Positions 13,093 to 24,891 of a stretch of 64,000 nucleotides of DNA are shown here, piece by piece. Position 1 is the stretch's first letter. Every line of letters starts with the position of its first letter. The stretch is from Octopus vulgaris. Its lineage: Eukaryota. The translations under genes were made by a program, and so were the position numbers. The notes under the pieces were generated by a model. The model did not search any database and had not been told where the DNA came from. It saw nothing but the letters and a program-made list of their open reading frames with translations. The DNA is taken from contig OX597818.1 of NCBI GenBank assembly GCA_951406725.2, positions 40,300,001 through 40,364,000 of the forward strand, given 5' to 3'.

Positions 13093-13327
13093 CAAGGCTG
13101 GCCAAAAGTCACCTGATAGTAATTAAACACTCCATTAATAATTAATATTCAATTTTATTTATTCATTCCAATTATGAATGTTTAATAATTGAATGCTGCG
13201 AGTTAAAATCGCCGATTTTTTTTTCAACATTTGTGTTTATTAACGAAGTCTCATATAAAATATTTTTTTGTTTTAATCTAGGAATGAAATGGGTTTTGAT
13301 TTACTGTCAGCTGACTTTTGGCCAACC

Positions 13328-13330
<3 letters not shown>
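13093..13330. mobile_element. Tc1/mariner-type MITE
   Basis: TIRs caaggctggccaaaagtcacctgatagtaa and ttactgtcagctgacttttggccaaccctg, flanked by TA. Confidence 0.85.
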
Positions 13331-13388
<58 letters not shown>

Positions 13389-13392
<4 letters not shown>

Positions 13393-13760
13393 AATAAATC
13401 TCTGAACGAGGTAGAGACAGTAACTGCACGACAATGTGAGGTATATTTGCCATCTCAATATGGCTAACCACTAAGGGTGAATGTTACTGTAGCTTGTAGC
13501 CCCAGGAGAACATCTCCTCCAGCTGGCTATAGGCACACTTTCTGTGCCCTATCGGTATTTGCAAAGGGAGGTCATCCTTTCCTCGTCAACCTAAGTGATA
13601 CGCACGGACTGCAGTTTCTGGGTATTGACCCGTCATCAGCGCACGATAATCACCGGTTTTCGATGAATGGAGTCCGAATGCAAATATTTATATCCTTTTT
13701 CCAGTAAATTTTCGTCACTGATCTTGAAGAAGTGTATACAAGCAATAATAAATCTCTGAA

Positions 13761-13763
<3 letters not shown>
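13389..13763 (-). mobile_element. Non-coding retrozyme/Penelope pLTR-like element, 354-bp period with 21-bp terminal direct repeats, inside (TA)n
   Basis: caataataaatctctgaacga at 13389-13409 and 13743-13763; internal HHR; second partial copy at 2795-2980. Confidence 0.75.
13595..13653 (-). ncRNA. Type I hammerhead ribozyme motif
   Basis: Minus strand gtgattat-cgtgcg-CTGATGA-cgggt-caat-accca-GAAAC-tgca-GTC-cgtgcg-tatcac. Stem I 6 bp (2 GU) plus extension; stem II has a C-A mismatch at its base; short palindromic stem III. Confidence 0.8.
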
Positions 13764-13828
<65 letters not shown>

Positions 13829-13859
13829 TTGTGTGTGTATATGGATGTATTTACACACA

Positions 13860-14017
13860 CATACACAGTTTCCGTCTATCAACTTCACTCAGAAGTCATT
13901 GGTCGGTCCGTGCTTATTGCAAAGGACACTTACCTAAGTTGTCACGCAGTGGGACTGAAACTTAAGTCTCGTAATCACAGAGCGAGCTTCTTAATCGCAC
14001 AGCCATGTCTGTGCCTA
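13860..14017 (-). mobile_element. 5' half of SINE family A, diverged
   Basis: cagtttccgtctatc..cacgcagtgggactgaa..cacagcca. Confidence 0.7.
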
Positions 14018-15172
14018 GTATAAACAAATGTCAATAAGAACATCGATTTATTTCGATTAGGTGTCCGAGCCTTATTTTTTTTTAAATAATTAAGAACGAA
14101 ATCTAAATTTCGGGCATTCATTCGTTTTCCAAAGGCATTTAGATTATGAATAAAAATGAAAACCGGGACTCGAAACTCTGTCCCACGTTACCGAACTCAT
14201 AATATGATCACATTGTTAAGAAGATAATGAATCATCACCAACTACTGTTCAAAAAGAAGGAGAAGGGAAATTAAAATGAGATTTTATTTTGTGCCAAGCA
14301 TTATATAATATTATTAAACAATTATTAAATATCTCTAGGGATATTAAAAAGTAGCCATTTGTCTTTCACTGTCTTTAATCTTTGTTTGAAAACTGCATAA
14401 CGTGTACATACATACACATACATAAATACACACACATACATATATACATATATGTATGTATGTGTGTGTGTGTGTGCTGTGCTGTGTATACACACATACA
14501 CTCACGCTCATACGCATATGCAGCAATAATTTGTAAAGGGAGCGAGAGATGTAGGAAAGATAAGATTGGGGCGTAATAAAGTAGTATCAGATATGAAGGA
14601 AAATTAGGAGGCGTCGGAAGAGAAGGATATTGAATAAAAATATTAAGCGAGGATATTCATGAACTCCACACTCCATAGTGTTTTTCAAGTACCATTGAAG
14701 TGAAGAGCAAGTCAGACTGATGGGGCTCATTCTCCACTCCATGTTCTATAAATGGTAACGTTTGATCAAATTCAGTATCATAAGCTAATCGTTAGCTTTG
14801 TGTCAAAATTTGAAACTAATAGTACAAGCTAATGAAATATTAAATTATACAAGTATTTTCACTATCAACAGTGATGAAGCATAGTTCATTGTTGTCTACT
14901 TACATTTAGAATTATTGAACCAGTAAGATATATGAATCGGTGAAAGAATACGATCATTCGATATGTTGGTTGGTGATACTGGAAAAAACATATGAACTCG
15001 ATTGAGAGACGAATAACACAAGTGACAATGCTGACAAGAACAGCAGCAATGATGATGACAACGACAAGAACGGCAACTCATCGATTAAAATGTAAATTAT
15101 AGAATAGTCAGTGAAGAAACTGTTAGGTCTGATGAATTTTGGTTTGATGTGGTTGAATATAGGAAGTTAGAC

Positions 15173-15431
15173 CAGTGGTTCTCAACCGATATCCATTTGG
15201 TTTTTAGGGGTCCATATCAGACTTTGTTATTAAAATTTATGTGCAATAAACTGTTTATACTTCTACAATGTACAAAGTATTAAAATATTTTTTTTTGTAA
15301 TCAATTCTTAAAATTTAATTTCAAAAATATAAACAGGATTTTTTATTCATCAGTTGGCTATAAGGTTCCACCTGAGTAACATAGGAATGAAAGGGGTCCA
15401 TAAGTAAAAAAAAAATGGTTGAGAATCTCTG
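15173..15431. mobile_element. hAT (Charlie-like) MITE with 8-bp TSD
   Basis: TIRs cagtggttctcaacc and ggttgagaatctctg; TSD agttagac at 15165-15172 and 15432-15439. Confidence 0.9.
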
Positions 15432-15499
15432 AGTTAGACTCTTGGTGCATGCAAAGGCGCAAAGAGGCTTACAAATGATGCACAACTGTTTAGTTAGAC

Positions 15500-15660
15500 C
15501 ATTGGTTTTCAACCATATTTTGCCTATAGACACCTTTAATTTCAGTTTTACTCTACTGGACCTCAATAGTCATGATGTATATATCCCCCCACAAAAAAAA
15601 AATCATACTGTATTTTACAGTTAAATATTGCTAGGAATTGTATAAAAAATTCAAATACTT
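15500..15660. mobile_element. Partial second hAT MITE of the same family in opposite orientation
   Basis: cattggttttcaacc..ggacctcaatag resembles the reverse complement of 15350-15431. Confidence 0.6.
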
Positions 15661-15671
15661 GTTTTTGTATT

Positions 15672-15870
15672 ATCTTTTATCTGTTTCACTCATTAGGCAG
15701 CAGTCATGCAGGAGCACCGCCTCGAAGAACTTTTTAGTCGAATGAATTGATCACAGTATTTATGTTTTCTTAAACCTGCTACCGCTAAGTTACGAACCGC
15801 TAAGTTACGAACTCGTAAACAAACCAACACCGGTTGTCAAGTGGTGGTGGTAGTGGTGGACAAACACAGA
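15672..15870 (-). mobile_element. 3' half of SINE family A
   Basis: tgtttcactcattag..accgctaagttacga (duplicated)..caccggttgtcaagtgg. Confidence 0.75.
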
Positions 15871-16149
15871 TTTTCAATGTGTATTCACTATTCTACATCA
15901 GCAACTTTAAGTCTGCTTCGACGGTTATTTTCTCGGAATATTTTCACAGTTTCCATTTCCATATGTTATTCAATTTCAGATGCCCTTTGCTTTATGTGAA
16001 AGCTTGATGGCATCCTAGATTTACAAGCATCACGTTTTGTCAGCCTTTCTCTCTCCACTTTTCCTTCCTTCCTTCTTTCCTTTCTTTCTTTCTTTCTTTC
16101 TACAAATGCACTCACATACTCTCTCTCTCTCTTTCTCCTTCACACACAC

Positions 16150-16217
<68 letters not shown>

Positions 16218-16444
16218 GTGGTCGAAGTGCCAAAAACGGCTGAATTCTATAAAAGATTAATAGCAAAAGGCATAAGTTCGTATGTCACGAGGTGAGGTGA
16301 GTTGCGATCTCACGATACGCCAACGCATTCTACTTTAAACATATGATTAATTGTTTTTCTTTGTGCATGCTGATCACTTCACACATTTCCTTGGACTCCA
16401 GTTTGTTCCCTTTTCTTAGCTAATACAACGAGAAGCTGACAATA

Positions 16445-16493
<49 letters not shown>

Positions 16494-16766
16494 ACACAAC
16501 AAGCAATTACAAACACACACGTAAGGTAGGAAATAATACAATCATGATAATGTATAAAATTCTCAATAAAGAAGGCAACCATAGATGTTAGAAGAGCTCA
16601 TTCAAGGTAGGTAACTAAAAGAGAAATTTTTTTTCTTGGTGTTTTCAATGAAACAAGATACCACGTAGCTTAAACGATAATCCTTTTTTGATACTACTTT
16701 GGCGTGTGATCTACAATTTAAAGGGCGATTACTTTAGGTTACTTTTCAATTTCTAGAAACCCTAAG

Positions 16767-17930
16767 ATGTTGGCTAAAGATTTTTACAATGTGATCAGCG
16801 ACGGGACAAAGGCAGTTGCATTTTTACGAAGAAATGGCCTTTTAGATGATGAAGAAAATGCTGCACCATGTCATTGTTGTGGAGGAGAAGTGAAGGAGGT
16901 TCGAAGAAAATGGAAAAAGGGTAAAATTTTCCCAACTTTACGTTGTAAAACTCGCGGCTGCCAGAGCTAAACACAGAGGGGACAAACAAGGACAGACAAA
17001 CGTATTAAGTCGATTACATCGACCCTAGGGCGTAACTGGTACTTAATTTATCGACCCCGAAAGGATGAAAGGTGAAGTCGACTTCGGCGGAATTTGAACT
17101 CAGAACGTAATGCCAGACGAAATACGGCTACGCATTTCGCCCGGCGTGCTAACGTTTCTGCCAGCTCGCTGCCTTAAACTGTTGTATAGTGAAACTGTAA
17201 AAAAAAACTGTAAAAAACGGTAAAAAATGGCAGTAGACAGCCATTATAAATAGACCAGTAGCCGGTCGACAGGGGAGAAGGTATAGGAGGTCAGAAGGTC
17301 GAGAAAGTCAAAAGGTCGAGAAGGCCAGAAGGTCGAGAGTATGTGAAGACTGTGTTGATAGTCGTGTCTGTGCTGATATAGCAATTATACTGTGATACTG
17401 AGTGGATGTTATAACAATCCAACTTTTGAGAATAATAACACTGTACGACTGGGGGTCGTTCAGTACCAGATAGAACCATTCTATCGACTTCGGAATATAA
17501 TAATATCTGTCAGAGCGACAACCGTCGTCAAAAGACAGATACAACAGTGGCAAAAGACCGCTTTACAACAATAACAAAATTCATTGCAATCTTTCTCTGT
17601 ATCAAATTTTAGAATTAATTTTTAAAATTTTACTCAAGATGTACCGAATCAATATGTGATTGGTTCAACATGTGTCGTGAAATTTGTTCACAAATTATTT
17701 CCTTTAACAATCGTGGAAAAATGGTAGGAACTGAAGAGCCTCTGCAAATCGATGAATCTTCGTTTGCAGGACGCCGACCAAACAACAGAGGCAGAATGCT
17801 GCAAGGAGAACATGTTCCTGATTCAACTGATAGCTGAAGTAGTAAACAATAGAAACAGCGGAGGACGGATTAATGGGCCCCGGGTGTTTGGATCGAAGAA
17901 TGGTGCAGACTACCGCCATTTTCATGGTCA
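16767..17930 (+). pseudogene. Merlin (IS1595/ISXO2-like) DDE transposase pseudogene, interrupted by insertions
   Basis: N-terminal zinc ribbon AFLRRNGLL..PCHCCG..LRCKTRGC; then ICDWFNMCREIC..LQIDESSFAGRRPNNRGR..GPRVFG (IDES..RKYNRGR..WVFG signature). Confidence 0.85.
16966..17175 (-). mobile_element. SINE family C (central domain resembling Meta/MESC) inserted in the Merlin ORF
   Basis: Minus strand aaggcagcgagctggcagaaacgttagc..gagttcaaattccg..ctttcatcctttcggggtcgataaattaagtaccag. Confidence 0.88.
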
Positions 17931-18063
17931 TACTTGAACCCACAATTCAAAGACAAATTTCAGAAGATTCGGTTATTCAAATTTTTGTAAAGGGCCAGCT
18001 ATCCCATTTTGTATTAATACTTATTTTATTGAATAATTACGAACATATGAAAGGCACACTTAA

Positions 18064-18334
18064 CCTCTTAACATACACATTTTTTTCAATTTTCATGCGA
18101 AATAATCTCTCTTTTACTCTTTTACTTCTTTCATTCATTTGACTGTGGCCATGCTGGAGCACCGCCTTTAGTCGAGTAAATCGACCCCAGGACTTATTCT
18201 TTGTAAGCCTAGTACTTATTCTATCGGTCTCTTTTTGCCGAACCGCTAAGTTACGGGGACGTAAGCACACCAGCATCGGTTGTCAAGCGATGTTGGGGGG
18301 GGAGAAACACATACACACAAACATATACACACAC

Positions 18335-18389
<55 letters not shown>

Positions 18390-18812
18390 TACTACGGGCT
18401 TCTTTCAGTTTCCGTCTACCAAAATCCACTCACAAGTCTTTGGTCGGCCCGAGGCTATAGTAGAAGACACTTGCCCAAGGTGCCACGCAGTGGGACTGAA
18501 CCCGGAACCATGTAGTTGGTAAGCGAGCTACATACCACACAGCCACCCCTGCGCCTATATCATATAATATATCATATTTTTTTTTATTCATTTGGAATTT
18601 GTATATAAGGAAGAATAAGTACAAAAATTATTTTGGATCAGTTATGATAGTTACTGACAGTTAATGATAGAAAACGGGAATAACATCACGAGCGAAGTAT
18701 TTCGGGTCAGAAATAAGTGACAGATACCTCAGAGTACAGTGAACGGATATTTTCATTCAAATATTTAATAGACATCTCCGAACGAAAATATACGGGATAA
18801 TATGTTAAGAGG
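18064..18812. mobile_element. piggyBac-type MITE containing a nested SINE
   Basis: TTAA-cctcttaacata ... tatgttaagagg-TTAA (12-bp perfect TIR, TTAA TSD). Confidence 0.8.
18107..18556 (-). mobile_element. Full-length SINE family A (tRNA head, CORE-like cttgggcaag block, internal TA/TG repeat)
   Basis: Head ggcgcaggggtggctgtgtggta..ggttccgggttcagtccc; tail (gagtaaaa)n. Confidence 0.92.
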
Positions 18813-19008
18813 TTAATACTAGTAGGATTTGAACTAAAAACTATGAGAGACAAAATCAAAGGTAACATTGCATTTAGTATGCTGGACTATGTCCAGAAAT
18901 CTTCATAGTCTTTCTTTTACTTGTTTCAGTCTTTAGACTGTGGCCATGCTGGGGCACTGCCTTGAAGAATTTTTTCGAACGAATCACCCTTAGTACTTAT
19001 ATTTTTTC

Positions 19009-19432
19009 GGATCTTTTCGATTTGAACGGCAGTTTTTTAAAATAATTTCCACGTAACTAAACACTTTTAAACTTCGTATACTGGTAGAATGTGTTTATAA
19101 AACATCTTTTTCTCTTGGCTTTATTGAGAAAATTCTATAGTTTGTAAGATATTTGTTGTTTTTTCTTCAATTTCTGCAATTTCAACCAATCAATGACATC
19201 TATTTAGGTAAAAAACATTCTGTGCCGTATGAATATGTCCCTTGTTTAAGAAACAGATTGGGTTTATTTACATTTGTGAAGAAAAAAAAAGATACCTTCC
19301 CCCCACCCCTAGCCCTAAACCTAACCCTAAAACAGATTGAAATGCAATAGATCGATACTAGGGTCATAATTATGGGTGACAATTTCATATGACACCGCTA
19401 GAAAAAAACTGCCGTTCAAACCGAAAAGATCC
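19009..19432. mobile_element. MITE with GG...CC termini and near 8-bp TSD (Merlin-type), inserted into a SINE A tail
   Basis: TIRs ggatcttttcgatttgaacggcagtttttt and aaaaaactgccgttcaaaccgaaaagatcc; flanks attttttc and atttttta; internal cctaaccctaa-like repeats. Confidence 0.8.
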
Positions 19433-19958
19433 ATTTTTTATAAATCGGATACAAACGTTGAAGTGTGGGGAGATGAGGTAGGATACCCATCTCTGATCGC
19501 GAGTACATCAACACTTACACAGTCTGTAAAAGAAAGCAAGGTAATGCTATCAAGCCGTACACGTTCGTGAGTTATGGTGAACCGGAAATCTGTCAATAAT
19601 ATAAGAAATCTATATCAGAAGCAATTGAACTGCAGATTAAGCGATTTAAAGGGTATAACATCCATGATCTACCCACTGAATTTGAATGAAAATAAAGATG
19701 GCGTTGACACCCATCGTTCTTAGATCGATGGACTAAGAATTTGAAATATATCGGGGATAATTCAATAAACTATATTCCAATCCTCTTTAAAATATTGACC
19801 TCGTGATTTTAATCCCATCAATCAATATGAGCACCGATGTGATAATTCCTTCTATGCCATTCATGATATGAACTCCGGCTATTCTTGCTTTGGTTTTATG
19901 TTCTCTGTGGCATTTCAAATCATCAATTAACGTTCTTTTAATATGATGAAGACGTCAG

Positions 19959-20177
19959 AAGGCAGCGCGCTGGCAGATTCGTTTCCATGCCGGGAAGAAA
20001 AAAAAATTGCTAAGCGGCATTTCTTTTGACTTATGAGTTCAAACTCTACCGAGGTCGACTTTGCTTTTCATCCTTTCAGGGTCAATAAAATAAGTACCAG
20101 TCCAGCACTGGGGGTCGACGTAATCGACTTACCCCTCCTACGAAATCGCTGGTGTTGTGCCAAAAATTTGAAACCAA
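19959..20177 (+). mobile_element. SINE family C
   Basis: aaggcagcgcgctggcag..gaggtcgactttgcttttcatcctttcaggg..aagtaccag. Confidence 0.82.
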
Positions 20178-20963
20178 AATGACGGAGAAAGCAAATGAAC
20201 CAACAGCGCGGTGTCGGTTACTCAAATGAAAAGTCTCTAATACGACGGGAATTTAACTCTCAATGACTCAGTCTGTCTAGGTATAAGTGTGATTGTATAC
20301 AATTCAAGAATAGCGGCGGAAAAATACCCAGGGACGCCTGCTGCTTGAAAACTTAATAGTAAAGTAGACGACAGCATTTCGCTCGGCGTGCTAAGATTTC
20401 TGCCAGCTCGCCGCCTTAATTTAGTTTCATATATCAACTGGTCTCTTTAGTTTCTCGCTCTTCCTGTTTGTCGGTGATTACTTTATCTATTTTGTGACTC
20501 TTGCATTGGTTCTGTTTATTTATTGGTTCCACATTTTTTACCTTTTTTGTCACAATAGCCATCTTCAGTAACTTCCCAGATTTCCAAACGTACACAACTT
20601 AATTACATTAAAGCCAATTCCGAACGAATTTAGACTACATTTTGTTTGTTCAAACAATGTGTGTTTTCACAGTGGATATTGCTGCAAGCAAGTTAACTTG
20701 TGCTTCGTGTGTTAACATCGATGTGCGTACGTCTATGTGTATATGTATTTACGAATGCATGTGTATATATATACGTATAGGGATGTAGGTGTGTGTGTGT
20801 GTATGTGTGCGTGTGTGTGTCGAAATATACATATGTAAGTAAATACATATACACGCACATATATATATATATATATATATACAAACATGCTTATGCACGT
20901 GTAACACAATGAATGTGTGCATGTGTATGTGCGTATATGCATATATATATGTATATGTATGTG

Positions 20964-21051
<88 letters not shown>

Positions 21052-21068
21052 GTGTGTGTGTGTGTGTA

Positions 21069-21135
<67 letters not shown>

Positions 21136-21254
21136 AACACATACCACATATATTTATATATATATACATACATATGTATTTATATTTCATGCACGCATTC
21201 ATATGTGTTTGTGTATGTGATATGCATATTAAAAATGACATGCATATACATAAA

Positions 21255-21299
<45 letters not shown>

Positions 21300-21559
21300 A
21301 TATGTATGTACGCATGGACCGCTATCTCAAAGTATTCATGCATATAGCAACACCGTTACTTACGTAGTTAATGTGTGCAGAATCTCTCAACTGAATATTA
21401 GCTTATCAAGACAAGCAGCAAACATGCTTAAGAGAGAAGAAAATGAAATCAGGTTTGTTAGAGTTTTCTTCCCTGAGATGTTGGATGATTACGGCATTAA
21501 ATGATTTCACATGTCTCCCAAAACACACTTCTAGATTCAGATTTTGCTTTGATCCTGTT

Positions 21560-21576
21560 TACTACTACTACTGCTG

Positions 21577-21610
<34 letters not shown>

Positions 21611-21707
21611 AACAACAACAACAACAACAACAACAACTACTACTACTACTACTACTACTACTACAACAACAACAACTACTACTACTACTACTACTACTAC
21701 TACAAAA

Positions 21708-21742
<35 letters not shown>

Positions 21743-21746
21743 AAAA

Positions 21747-21778
<32 letters not shown>

Positions 21779-21784
21779 AACTAT

Positions 21785-21831
<47 letters not shown>

Positions 21832-21873
21832 AAACCACTGCTACTACTACTACTACTACTACTAAAACCACTG

Positions 21874-21928
<55 letters not shown>

Positions 21929-21945
21929 AACCACCACCACCACCA
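21560..21945. repeat. (CTA)n compound microsatellite with CAA/CCA variants
   Basis: Trinucleotide array. Confidence 0.97.
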
Positions 21946-21949
21946 TTTT

Positions 21950-22072
21950 CTTTTATCGATCCTGAAAGGATGAAATGCAATGTCGACCTCGGCAGAATAG
22001 GAACCCATAACGAAAAGGTGGATGAAATGCCGCTAAGTATTTTATCCAGCGTGCAAACGCTTCTGCCAGCTC
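21950..22072 (-). mobile_element. Truncated SINE family C
   Basis: tttatcgatcctgaaaggatgaaa..tctgccagctc. Confidence 0.75.
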
Positions 22073-22123
<51 letters not shown>

Positions 22124-22143
22124 TAACAACAACAACAACAACA

Positions 22144-22180
<37 letters not shown>

Positions 22181-22497
22181 TATGGTTGCCCTGATGCAGT
22201 ACCAGGCAGTGTCTCTCGTAGCTTCTGATCTTAACTGATTGGAAGTGTTATCATGATCATAGTTTTGTCATGGTATAAAAGATGGGCTACAGCAAATATT
22301 CTGCTCAATACCACAGATTTGCTTGTCAGTTGTTTGACCATAACCAGTTGACCATGTCCGTTAGTGGCTGACAATATGTGCATCTTTGATCACGAGCAGA
22401 AGTAGTAGGGGAGCACCATAGCCATGTGTTGAGAGGAATTCTTTGGGGTTTGGATAATTCACCTTTGGATACATGGGTGGTTTGTTCAACATCCTTC
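22073..22497 (-). mobile_element. 3' end of a probable non-LTR element with compound trinucleotide tail
   Basis: 22181-22497 is homologous to 7985-8230; 22073-22180 reads (TAA)n(CAA)n(CGA)n on the + strand. Confidence 0.65.
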
Positions 22498-22499
22498 AT

Positions 22500-23490
22500 T
22501 CGTGGGCCCATCGAATATTTTGGCCACCTCGTTACTTAGAGCACGAACCTTAACTCTGACAATGCAACCTTCATGTTTTGCATTGATGAACTGGTCTAAT
22601 GCTATTCTCGCTGCTAGCACGTCGGTTACAATGCTACTATAAATAGCCTCATCAAGTTTAGCTACTAACTCCTTTTTGTTTTTTCTAACGCTACTTCTTT
22701 GCTAAACCCTATCGATATTGCTCTAATCTCTCTTTTGAGGGCCGCCCACCAGCTGTTGTTGACGGCCCCACCTGTCAACTTCTGCTTAACTAAATTGTTG
22801 ACCCGGTCCTTGTAAGCTTTACGTGCTGGAAGCGACATGTTCAGCTTCCAGAACCCGGGTCCTAATCTACGCGTCTTATCTAGGTCGACCGTACAGATTA
22901 CGAACTTATGATCTGAATAGGCGACTCTTTTAAAAAGTGGACATCCTACCCTATTACTATCTATTTTTCTAATGAAAAATAGACAGTAAGGTGCATGTAG
23001 GTGCATGTGGTGTTCTCAAAGTTGAGTTACCCTATCTTTCTAGTCGTGTCCAGAGAATTTAATGCGGTGTAGTTGTTGCTGTTAAGCAACATGACGGGTA
23101 AGGGTGATTAGGTGATGGTCTAGGGCTTAGGAGCGGGAGACCCCAGACCTTGAAAAAAAAAAACTTTGGTCGTCTTGTTGTAGTCGAGGGCTCTTCTTTG
23201 ACGCCCGACACCACTGGGAGGTGGCCCTCGAAGTCGCTGGAAATGGAGATCTCCAGGTCCAAATTCTTTGACGGCTAATGCGGTGTATGATGTTCCTTGT
23301 ATGTTTCTTTGTTACATAGGGTTCGCACAGGGGGGACCGAGGTGATCTCTCCCTCTGTGACCTGGTGGGGCAGAATCTACTAAGGTCATAATTGTCTAGG
23401 TAGTTACAGGCATAGCTTAGTTTAAGGAGGAGGCCCAGTTCCCTTGTGTTGACTTCGTGGAACTGTACCTCACTCTCACAGATAATCACA
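22500..23490 (-). pseudogene. Tx1/L1-clade LINE remnant (ORF1 piece and APE endonuclease C-terminus)
   Basis: VAYSDHKFV..GPGFWKLNMSL..WWAALKREIR..SKEVA (SDH and WKLN.SL motifs); degenerate knuckle-like RRPKFFF.KVWG upstream. Confidence 0.8.
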
Positions 23491-23514
23491 ATGCATTTTC
23501 AACAGCAAAATCTG

Positions 23515-23522
23515 TCTATATC

Positions 23523-23609
<87 letters not shown>

Positions 23610-23619
23610 GTCTATCTGT

Positions 23620-23662
<43 letters not shown>

Positions 23663-23720
23663 TATAAAAATATATATATGTATATATCTATATATATATA
23701 TATATACAGATAGATAGATA
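23515..23720. repeat. (CTAT)n-(TA)n compound microsatellite
   Basis: Direct observation. Confidence 0.95.
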
Positions 23721-24347
23721 TATGCACGCGTAAATACTCATGCGTATGTATTATATATATATATGTATGCGTGTATATATATGTATGTATCTATCAATCT
23801 ATCTTTATGCCTTCCTAAAGATAGTGACAAATTTATATTAGAGACAGTTAACGAACGACAAAAAGCGAAAACAAAAAACAAAGAATAAAACGAAGAGTAC
23901 ACGCACACACACACGCACACACAAACACACACACGCACAAACACACACACACACACGAACATACACGGACACACACACACGAACATACACACATGCCCCC
24001 CCACACACACATGCATGAAGATTAAATATAACGATTTTCAATTTACAAGAGATGTAATCGCAACAATCTACAGCCTGCACTACTAAATTTAGTTAGCAAA
24101 ATGCAATATATTAGTCTAAATAGCAACTGCCCTTTGGCATCCATGTAGTCGTTTTTCTTCCGCTGTAAATTTGCTGCCGCCATGTTAAAAATGTACGCAT
24201 CATTATTATGAATAATTTTGTGAGCAAAGCATCGTAGCAAAGAAGAAATGCAAGCTTTCGATCCCCATTTGAAGCCTCTTTTGCAATATCTCTATTATTC
24301 ATTTCTGCAACTTGTGAATTTGCTTGGCAAAAAGAATAAATATTACA

Positions 24348-24507
24348 CAGGAGTGACTGTGTGTTTAAGTAGCTTGCTTCCCAACCACATGGTTCCAGGT
24401 TCAGTCCCATTGCGTGGAACCTTGGGCAAGTGTCTTCTACTATAGTCTCGGGCTGACCAAAGCCTTGTGAGTGGATTTGGTAGACGGAAACTGAAAGAAG
24501 CCCGTCG

Positions 24508-24555
<48 letters not shown>

Positions 24556-24697
24556 CGTGTGTATTTGTACGTCTGTGTTTGTGCCCCAGCCATCGCTTGA
24601 CATGTTTACGTCCCCGTAACTTTGCGGTTCGGCAAAAGAGACCGATAGAAGTTCTGGGCTTACATGAAATAAGTTCTGGAGTCGATTTGCTCGACTG
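24348..24697 (+). mobile_element. SINE family A, near full length
   Basis: caggagtgactgtgtg..ggttccaggttcagtccc..cttgggcaagtg..ggtagacggaaactgaaagaagcccgtcg. Confidence 0.9.
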
Positions 24698-24823
24698 AAG
24701 AGTTTTATTCTCTTCATTAAATAAATAAAACTTAGTATATATATATGGCAACGGAGTTGATCCTTCGCTTCTCCTCTCTTTTTGTCTGTCTCTGTCTCTT
24801 TCTCTCTCTCTGTCTTCTATTTG

Positions 24824-24891
<68 letters not shown>

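Noticed and set aside
15310-15360. Minus-strand CTGATGA...GAAA
   Set aside because: Only A/T-run pairing, no stem I or III, and it lies inside a hAT MITE.
17285-17338. Short repeats suggestive of a CRISPR array or iterons
   Set aside because: 8-9 bp tandem units with no unique spacers, in a eukaryotic context without cas genes.
19300-19330. Telomere-like CCCTAA repeats
   Set aside because: Only a few degenerate units inside a TIR element; not a telomere or fusion scar.
19740-19910. Possible RT motif on the minus strand (IKITRSIF*RG..LSPIYF)
   Set aside because: Needs several frameshifts and no YADD-like motif follows; cannot be supported by eye.
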